Shown here: piece by piece, positions 26,237-32,684 of the stretch
Layout of the letters: each line of letters starts with the position of its first letter
Numbering within the stretch: the first letter of the stretch is position 1
Sequence record: AY135739
DNA: 32,684 bases
Source: Escherichia phage Wphi
Direction: 5' to 3' (one strand)
Notes under the pieces: model-generated
What the model was told of the DNA's origin: nothing
The model's database searches: none
What the model saw: only the letters and a program-made list of their open reading frames with translations
Program-made: the position numbers and the translations under genes

Positions 26237-28511
26237 AGCCTCCGGGCGTTTTGTCCCTCCGTCAGCATTTGCCGCAGGCACCGGTAAGGCGTTTACCGGT
26301 GCTTATGCATGGAACGCGCCACGCGAGGCTGTCGGGCGCGAAAGACCCCTTACACGTGACGAGATGCGTCAGGTGCAAGGTGTTTTATCCACGATTAACC
26401 GCCTGCCTTACTTTTTGCGCTCGCTGGTTACTTCACGCTATGACTACATCCGGCGCAATAAAAGCCCGGTGCACGGGTTTTATTTCCTTACATCCACTTT
26501 TCAGCGTCGTTTATGGCCGCGCATTGAGCGCGTGAATCAGCGCCATGAAATGAACACCGACGCGTCGTTGCTGTTTCTGGCAGAGCGTGACCATTATGCG
26601 CGCCTGCCTGGAATGAATGACAAGGAGCTGAAAAAGTTTGCTGCCCGTATCTCATCGCAGCTTTTCATGATGTATGAGGAACTCTGCGATGCATGGGTTG
26701 ATGCTCATGGCGAAAAAGAATCGCTGTTTACGGATGAGGCGCAGACTCACCTGTATGGTCATGTTGCTGGCGCTGCACGTGCTTTCAATATTTCCCCGCT
26801 CTACTGGAAAAAATACCGTAAAGGGCAGATGACCACGAGGCAGGCATATTCTGCCATTGCCCGCCTGTTTAACGATGAGTGGTGGACTCATCAGCTTAAA
26901 GGCCAGCGTATGCGCTGGCATGAGGCGTTACTGATTGCTGTCGGGGAGGTCAATAAAGACCGTTCTCCTTATGCCAGTAAACATGCCATTCGTGATGTGC
27001 GTGCGCGCCGCCAGGCAAATCTGGAATTTCTTAAATCGTGTGACCTTGAAAACAAGGAAACCGGCGAGCGCATCGACCTTATCAGTAAGGTGATGGGCAG
27101 TATTTCTAATCCAGAAATTCGCCGGATGGAGCTGATGAACACCATCGCCGGTATTGAGCGTTACGCCGCCGCAGAGGGTGATGTGGGGATGTTTATCACG
27201 CTGACCGCGCCGTCAAAGTATCACCCGACACGTCAGGTCAGAAAAGGCGAAAGTAAAACCGTCCAGCTAAATCACGGCTGGAACGATGAGGCATTTAATC
27301 CAAAGGATGCGCAGCGTTATCTCTGCCGTATCTGGAGCCTGATGCGCACGGCATTCAAGGATAATGATTTACAGGCCTACGGTTTGCGTGTTGTTGAACC
27401 ACACCACGACGGAACGCCGCACTGGCATATGATGCTTTTTTGTAATCCACGCCAGCGTAACCAGATTATTGAAATCATGCGTCGCTATGCGCTCAAAGAG
27501 GATGGCGACGAAAGAGGAGCCGCGCGAAACCGTTTTCAGGCAAAACACCTTAACCGGGGCGGTGCTGCGGGATATATCGCGAAATACATCTCAAAAAACA
27601 TCGACGGCTATGCACTGGATGGTCAGCTCGATAATGATACCGGCAGGCTGCTGAAAGACACTGCAGCGGCTGTTACCGCATGGGCGTCTACGTGGCGCAT
27701 TCCGCAATTTAAAACGGTTGGCCTGCCGACAATGGGGGCTTACCGTGAGCTACGCAAATTGCCTCGCGGCGTCAGCATTGCTGATGAGTTTGACGAACGC
27801 GTCGAGGCTGCACGCGCCGCCGCAGACAGTGGTGATTTTGCGCTGTATATCAGCGCGCAGGGCGGGGCAAATGTCCCGCGCGATTGTCAGACTGTCAGGG
27901 TCGCCCGTAGCCCGTCGGATGACGTTAACGAGTACGAGGAAGAAGTCGAGAGAGTGGTAGGCATTTACGCGCCGCATCTCGGCGCGCGTCATATTCATAT
28001 CACCAGAACGACGGACTGGCGCATTGTGCCGAAAGTTCCGGTCGTTGAGCCTTTGACTTTAAAAAGCGGCATCGCCGCGCCTCGGAGTCCTGTCAATAAC
28101 TGTGGAAAGCCTGCCAGCAGTGATAATTCGTTACCGGCTCCCACGCCTTCTGAGCACGCCGCAGCAGTGCTTAATCTGGTTGATGACGGTGTTATCGAAT
28201 GGAATGACCCGGAGGTCGTGAGGGCGCTCAGGGGCGCATTAAAACACGGGCTGAGAACACCAAATCGTCAGCAGAGAAACGGAAGCCCGTTAAAAACACA
28301 TGAAATTGCACCGTCGGCCAGACTGACCCGGTCGGAACGAATGCAAATTACCCGTATCCGCGTTGACCTCGCTCAGAACGGTATCAGGCCGCAGCGATGG
28401 GAGCTTGAGGCGCTGGCGCGTGGCGCGACCGTAAATTATGACGGGAAAAAATTCACGTATCCAGTCGCTGATGAGTGGCCGGGATTCTCAACAGTAATGG
28501 AGTGGACATGA
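26226..28511 (+). CDS. A: rolling-circle replication initiator endonuclease
   Basis: Start placed at ATG 26226 (MAVKASGRFVPPS...), 761 aa as for P2 gpA; contains HUH-like HWHMMLF and catalytic-tyrosine region GYIAKYISKN. Confidence 0.88.
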   Translation: MAVKASGRFVPPSAFAAGTGKAFTGAYAWNAPREAVGRERPLTRDEMRQVQGVLSTINRLPYFLRSLVTSRYDYIRRNKSPVHGFYFLTSTFQRRLWPRIERVNQRHEMNTDASLLFLAERDHYARLPGMNDKELKKFAARISSQLFMMYEELCDAWVDAHGEKESLFTDEAQTHLYGHVAGAARAFNISPLYWKKYRKGQMTTRQAYSAIARLFNDEWWTHQLKGQRMRWHEALLIAVGEVNKDRSPYASKHAIRDVRARRQANLEFLKSCDLENKETGERIDLISKVMGSISNPEIRRMELMNTIAGIERYAAAEGDVGMFITLTAPSKYHPTRQVRKGESKTVQLNHGWNDEAFNPKDAQRYLCRIWSLMRTAFKDNDLQAYGLRVVEPHHDGTPHWHMMLFCNPRQRNQIIEIMRRYALKEDGDERGAARNRFQAKHLNRGGAAGYIAKYISKNIDGYALDGQLDNDTGRLLKDTAAAVTAWASTWRIPQFKTVGLPTMGAYRELRKLPRGVSIADEFDERVEAARAAADSGDFALYISAQGGANVPRDCQTVRVARSPSDDVNEYEEEVERVVGIYAPHLGARHIHITRTTDWRIVPKVPVVEPLTLKSGIAAPRSPVNNCGKPASSDNSLPAPTPSEHAAAVLNLVDDGVIEWNDPEVVRALRGALKHGLRTPNRQQRNGSPLKTHEIAPSARLTRSERMQITRIRVDLAQNGIRPQRWELEALARGATVNYDGKKFTYPVADEWPGFSTVMEWT

Positions 28512-28789
28512 TGGCAAAAATTCACGAGGTAAAGCTGCACGCAAAATATTTCGACCTTGTGCTGGAAGGAAAGAAACGCGCAGAGTTTCGGAAAAATGAC
28601 CGTAATTATGAGCGCGGGGACACGTTGATTTTGCATGAATGGGTACAGGGTGTGTTTACGGGGCGAAAGGTTGAAGCCCGGATAACAGATGTTACTGACC
28701 TGTCAGACTGGCTGGAAGATTATGTCTTGCTAAGTATTGAGCTGCTTAATACAGGCGTATATGAGATTGTGAACTGGAAAGAAACTTAG
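28508..28789 (+). CDS. hypothetical protein, ASCH/DUF3850-like (P2 orf91 position)
   Basis: ATG at 28508 overlaps the A stop (ATGA); about 93 aa MMAKIHEVKLHAKYFDLVLEGKKRAEFRKNDRNYERGD... Confidence 0.55.
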   Translation: MMAKIHEVKLHAKYFDLVLEGKKRAEFRKNDRNYERGDTLILHEWVQGVFTGRKVEARITDVTDLSDWLEDYVLLSIELLNTGVYEIVNWKET

Positions 28790-28828
28790 TGAGCCGTGGC
28801 TTGGTATTCAGAAATTAATCATGAAATT

Positions 28829-29023
28829 ATGCATCAGCTCGGCCTTGCTGTTATGTATGAACCAGAGACGGGGATGTCTGGCGGGGCAATGGTTGCCACG
28901 GATGGAGCATGGAACTATTCAGATGAACAGATGGAGCCGTGCACAGCAAAACGGGTGGCTTGGATAATGCACAGAATACCAGGCGAGATACCCGCACCCA
29001 TAAAACTAAAAATATCAAGCTGA
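28829..29023 (+). CDS. questionable small ORF at the accessory-island boundary
   Basis: ORF-track start 28796 is GTG; first ATG at 28829 has no convincing RBS; 64 aa, no recognisable features. Confidence 0.2.
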   Translation: MHQLGLAVMYEPETGMSGGAMVATDGAWNYSDEQMEPCTAKRVAWIMHRIPGEIPAPIKLKISS

Positions 29024-29380
29024 TGGCTATTGTTCAGCGTTTACCAGCGGATTATGGTCAACGAAAATCTGACGCCCGATGAGCTGGTCGGGTGTGCCGA
29101 AATAGTCCGGGATAATTACGGGCGGTTTAACCATATCGGTCAGTCCAGAGTTGCGCCACCACAACGCAGACGATAGAGAACGCCGCCAGTCGTGAAACTT
29201 GTTTTCAGGGCTGGCGGGGTTGAATAACGAGTGTCGCGAGGCGTTAGTTTGAGCTTACAATTAAACCTATTGAAAATTAATGAGAAGTCAATTTTATCTT
29301 TTTCTCGTTAAAGATGGCCACAACTACTAAAACGTGAGAATATCAAGACTTGGCAAAATCTAGCTTTTCCCAACGGGGTG

Positions 29381-29418
29381 TTTCGCTATAATACGCGGTC
29401 GGTTTTTAGGAGGGGTCA
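29381..29418 (+). promoter_or_regulatory. putative promoter -10 element and RBS for the methyltransferase gene
   Basis: Consensus TATAAT at 29387-29392; AGGAGG at 29407-29412, 6 nt before the ATG; no good -35 seen. Confidence 0.4.
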
Positions 29419-30357
29419 ATGCCAACTGTAGTTTCACTTTTTTCTGGATGTGGTGGTTCTGATGCGGGAGTTTTGAACGCAGGTTTCAATGTGCTTATGG
29501 CAAATGATATTTTGCCTTACGCAAGGGACGTTTACTTAGAAAACCATCCTGAAACTGACTACATTTTGGGCGATATCTCAGGGCTCCAGTCGTTCCCTTC
29601 TGCTGAGTTGCTCATCGGATGCTATCCTTGCCAAGGATTTAGTCAAGGTGGGGCAAGGAAGGCAGATAGAAAGATTAATACACTATATTTAGAGTTTGCC
29701 CGTGCTTTGAGTAAAATTAAGCCAAAAGCATTCATTGTAGAGAATGTCTCTGGTATGGTAAGGCGTAACTTTGAGCATTTATTAAAGGATCAATTCAAAG
29801 TTTTCGAAGAAGCAGGTTATACAGTAAGCTCGCAAATTCTGAATGCGTCCCATTATGGGGTATCCCAAGATAGGAAGCGAATCTTTATCGTAGGAATACG
29901 AAAGGACTACGGTATTACATACAAATTTCCAAAACCAACACATGGTGATGGTTTGACACCATATTCCACAATTCGTGATGCTATTGGGCATATGCCTGTT
30001 TGGCCTGTTGGCGAGTTTTATGACGCCGATTTTCATTGGTATTATCTATCGCGAAACCGTAGGCAAGATTGGGATCAGATATCTAAAACAATTGTTGCAA
30101 ATCCTAGACATATGCCTCTACATCCAATAAGTCCAACATTAGAAAAATTGGGACCTGATAAGTGGCAATTTACTTCGGATGCACCAGCTCGTAGGTTTAG
30201 CTATCGAGAGGCTGCTATTTTACAAGGTTTTGGAGATTTAATTTTCCCAGAAACTGAACGGGCTTCTATTAATATGAAATATACTGTGGTAGGTAATGCA
30301 GTACCGCCTCCATTGTTTGAGGCGGTTGCTAGAAACCTTCCAGATTTATGGGATTAA
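29419..30357 (+). CDS. DNA (cytosine-5)-methyltransferase
   Basis: 312 aa with C5-MTase motifs in canonical order: FSGCGG (motif I), PCQGFS (motif IV, catalytic Cys), ENV (motif VI), QDRKR (motif VIII), GNAVPPPL (motif X); AT-rich gene. Confidence 0.85.
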   Translation: MPTVVSLFSGCGGSDAGVLNAGFNVLMANDILPYARDVYLENHPETDYILGDISGLQSFPSAELLIGCYPCQGFSQGGARKADRKINTLYLEFARALSKIKPKAFIVENVSGMVRRNFEHLLKDQFKVFEEAGYTVSSQILNASHYGVSQDRKRIFIVGIRKDYGITYKFPKPTHGDGLTPYSTIRDAIGHMPVWPVGEFYDADFHWYYLSRNRRQDWDQISKTIVANPRHMPLHPISPTLEKLGPDKWQFTSDAPARRFSYREAAILQGFGDLIFPETERASINMKYTVVGNAVPPPLFEAVARNLPDLWD

Positions 30358-31391
30358 GCAGCGATCGCGCTGGAAGGATCAAGGATGATATCTAGATAGC
30401 TAATATTTTGACTGTGATCAATATTATCAGATGCTCTGGTTAAATTGATTAATCTTAGGCGATCAACAAAAATAGCATCGCCTAACTTATTTTTATGTGC
30501 CCACTCACCATCTATCCATCGTAGATCTTGAGGTAAGAAATAATAAGTTGCCCATCGGTGAGCTACGGGGAATTTACTGTAGAGCATCGCAGGTGAGGCC
30601 TCAAGCTGCTTCGCTTCCCACTCTTCTTGAGAACAGCCACACTGAACAAAAGAAATAGGGATGGCATCTCGTTGATCTCCCATTGGATGCCAGGCAATTA
30701 TGTCAAGGCCTCCGTCACCACTATTTCCTCGACTGAAATCTCGTTCTTTGAAGTTCGCTGTGCAACGGATATCGGAAGCAATACTCTTAAATTTATTATA
30801 TAGAGTTCCAGTGTAAGGGGCCGCTTGACCACCAGAAGCCCAGCATGCTTTTATTATGCTACCGCTAGGCATTAGGCTTTCAAAAATAGGTAAACTAATT
30901 AGTTCAAAACTGCGCGTTATCTCTCTTCTGCTCATTATGTTGACATATTTTATGTTAGCACAGATTAGTAAAGCTAAATATAGTCTTTCTAAATGTTCCA
31001 GTGGCTTTTCTGATATATCACGTAACTCTACAGTATCGTTGTCTTCTGATAAAGTAAAAGGGTAACTATCCCCAAATAAATCAATGCGTTGTCGTATGAA
31101 GCCTATCGCATAGCTCCACTTTCTGTCAGTATATGCTCGACTAACACTTCGTTTTGTTCTCTTGCGTACAGGCGTATCATTTTCATCATCAACATCATAA
31201 ACGCCCTCTTCTTCTGCTTCATCTGTTTCAGCTAGTACTGCTTCGGGTTGAGCTTGCAGTGTGCTATATAGGTCTCCTCGACTGAATGACCTGTCGATAT
31301 TAGTTAAGGCCAATATCTCAATATAATCAGCCCATAAATAAGGCTCATTAGAAGGCATTGAATCAAGATTTGTAATCATAATCTCAATCAT
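30354..31391 (-). CDS. hypothetical protein, second gene of leftward operon, convergent with the methyltransferase
   Basis: Start assigned to ATG 31389-31391 abutting GGGAGG (alternative ATG 31377-31379), about 345 aa; acidic tract ETDEAEEEGVYDVDDEND; stop codon overlaps the MTase stop (TTAA); AT-rich. Confidence 0.6.
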   Translation of the reverse strand: MIEIMITNLDSMPSNEPYLWADYIEILALTNIDRSFSRGDLYSTLQAQPEAVLAETDEAEEEGVYDVDDENDTPVRKRTKRSVSRAYTDRKWSYAIGFIRQRIDLFGDSYPFTLSEDNDTVELRDISEKPLEHLERLYLALLICANIKYVNIMSRREITRSFELISLPIFESLMPSGSIIKACWASGGQAAPYTGTLYNKFKSIASDIRCTANFKERDFSRGNSGDGGLDIIAWHPMGDQRDAIPISFVQCGCSQEEWEAKQLEASPAMLYSKFPVAHRWATYYFLPQDLRWIDGEWAHKNKLGDAIFVDRLRLINLTRASDNIDHSQNISYLDIILDPSSAIAA

Positions 31392-32457
31392 CCTCCCTTT
31401 TGCTTCTGATCTGATTTCTAATATTTTTTGACATCTCAAAAATTTCAGATGCAGCCTCTTCATGCTCTAATGTTAATTCTTTAGCTTTAAGTAGCATATC
31501 CCAAACTACTCTTAATTTAACACTAGCTGCGTTTAGTGCTTTATCTAATGCTTCTCTTTCTCCGCTGGTATATAGATATGCTTCATCCAAGTTTGAACTT
31601 TTCATGAGAATTTCAATTGCTTCGGGTTTCTCAACCACTGCTGCAATATCTTTTATTCTTCGAGACTCACCGATGATGGTTCTACCTTGTTGGTCAGGCA
31701 CAAAAAACCAAGAGAATAAACGCTTAAGGTTTTCTTCATTTAAATTTGGGTCTAAAAAATCCTTTTTATCCTGTAGACCTAACCAGTTTGTGATTTTTGA
31801 ATATCCCAAAGCTGTGGTTATATATGAAAATTCCACGTCAGAAGCCTTCATGGGTAAATTAAAAAACTCATGGTCATGCGCGACTTCATATAAGTTCAGT
31901 GCAGTGAGAAGTGTTGCAACATAATGTGGTTTACTCCCAATCTCACGAGCCAGATTTTTTAATACTATCTCTTTAGGTTCATGTGAATAAAAAGTATCAC
32001 ATAACTCTTTAAGGTATTTGGCTTTAGATAATGAGTCCCATTCTTTGACCCCAGTTATATGACGATAACCGATATATCTCAGTACATCCTCTCGGTTTTC
32101 ATAAATGATGCAGGGAAGCTTCTTAGGTTTATTGGTAGTATCATCAATGATTTCTTGCACACCTTTAAGTTTTCTTTTTGGAGGAAGCAGATCTCCATTG
32201 AGCAACTTTACAGCAGCTAAGCGTCTGTTTCCCTCAACCACGATGTAGTTTCCATTGCTTTTTACTGCCAATAAAGGTTCTCCAGGAAAGTAACCTTGCT
32301 GACCGATTGATAGCATTAGATCGTGGACACTTTCGTCATCTAACATTTCCTCAATGACTGTTGCAGCGTTACTGGCATCATTGAGACGAAAGAAACGTGG
32401 GTTTTTAGGGTCAAAATCAAGCTTATTTGTCTCAATTTCTACGATTTTGTTATCCAT
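31384..32457 (-). CDS. ParB/Srx-fold (ParB N-terminal domain-like) protein
   Basis: Start assigned to ATG 32455-32457 with GAGG RBS about 5 nt upstream (357 aa; ORF-track maximum 401 aa); ParB-box-like FDPKNPRF and VVEGNRRLAAVKLL; overlaps downstream gene by 8 nt. Confidence 0.65.
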   Translation of the reverse strand: MDNKIVEIETNKLDFDPKNPRFFRLNDASNAATVIEEMLDDESVHDLMLSIGQQGYFPGEPLLAVKSNGNYIVVEGNRRLAAVKLLNGDLLPPKRKLKGVQEIIDDTTNKPKKLPCIIYENREDVLRYIGYRHITGVKEWDSLSKAKYLKELCDTFYSHEPKEIVLKNLAREIGSKPHYVATLLTALNLYEVAHDHEFFNLPMKASDVEFSYITTALGYSKITNWLGLQDKKDFLDPNLNEENLKRLFSWFFVPDQQGRTIIGESRRIKDIAAVVEKPEAIEILMKSSNLDEAYLYTSGEREALDKALNAASVKLRVVWDMLLKAKELTLEHEEAASEIFEMSKNIRNQIRSKREDD

Positions 32458-32684
32458 CTTAACCTCATGGGATGATGTAAATATCTTTTGGGGGATGCTT
32501 GATAAAACATCCATATTTGATCGTTTGCAGCGCATTTGATACATCGAAGTGTACAAAAATGCTGGGCATAACTCTGCATTAAAATGCATTCACATTCAAA
32601 GCACTATTTTCTCGTTGGACATTTAGCCTAAGAGAGTTTGGACGGCTTTTGGAATTGCATCAAAACCGACCCATGAAGCGGGCG

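Noticed and set aside
29419-30357. Methyltransferase as an N6-adenine (Dam-like) enzyme
   Set aside because: No DPPY/NPPY motif; instead the PCQ catalytic cysteine, ENV and FxGxGG motifs define a C5-cytosine methyltransferase.
1-32684. tRNA, rRNA or other structured RNA genes
   Set aside because: No cloverleaf-like or rRNA-like segments noticed by eye; the window is densely protein-coding outside the cos, attP and hotspot gaps. A tRNAscan or Infernal run would be needed to exclude small RNAs formally.

Overview
The window is about 32.7 kb of a P2-like (Peduovirus-type) temperate myophage genome in packaged orientation, not an integrated prophage junction: it opens with the 19-nt P2-type cos end, and ogr, an intact attP-like region and int are contiguous. 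Gene order is P2-syntenic: leftward Q-P; rightward O N M L X Y K lysA lysB(lysC) R S V W J I H G; one AT-rich cargo gene in the Z/fun slot; FI FII E(E') T U D ogr; attP; leftward int and C; rightward cox, orf78-like, B, orf80-83-like, A, orf91-like. The far right (about 29.0-32.7 kb, the tin/old slot of P2) is an AT-rich accessory island with a C5 cytosine methyltransferase convergent with a two-gene operon (ParB/Srx-like protein plus an uncharacterised 345-aa protein). That island and the 299-aa Z/fun-slot gene are the best candidates for an undescribed anti-phage or anti-restriction system. All protein identifications are from my own recognition of family motifs and P2 synteny; no database search was run, so novelty of the cargo genes is unverified. 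CDS ends include the stop codon; several starts were moved from the ORF-track maximum to internal ATGs with better RBS or length agreement.
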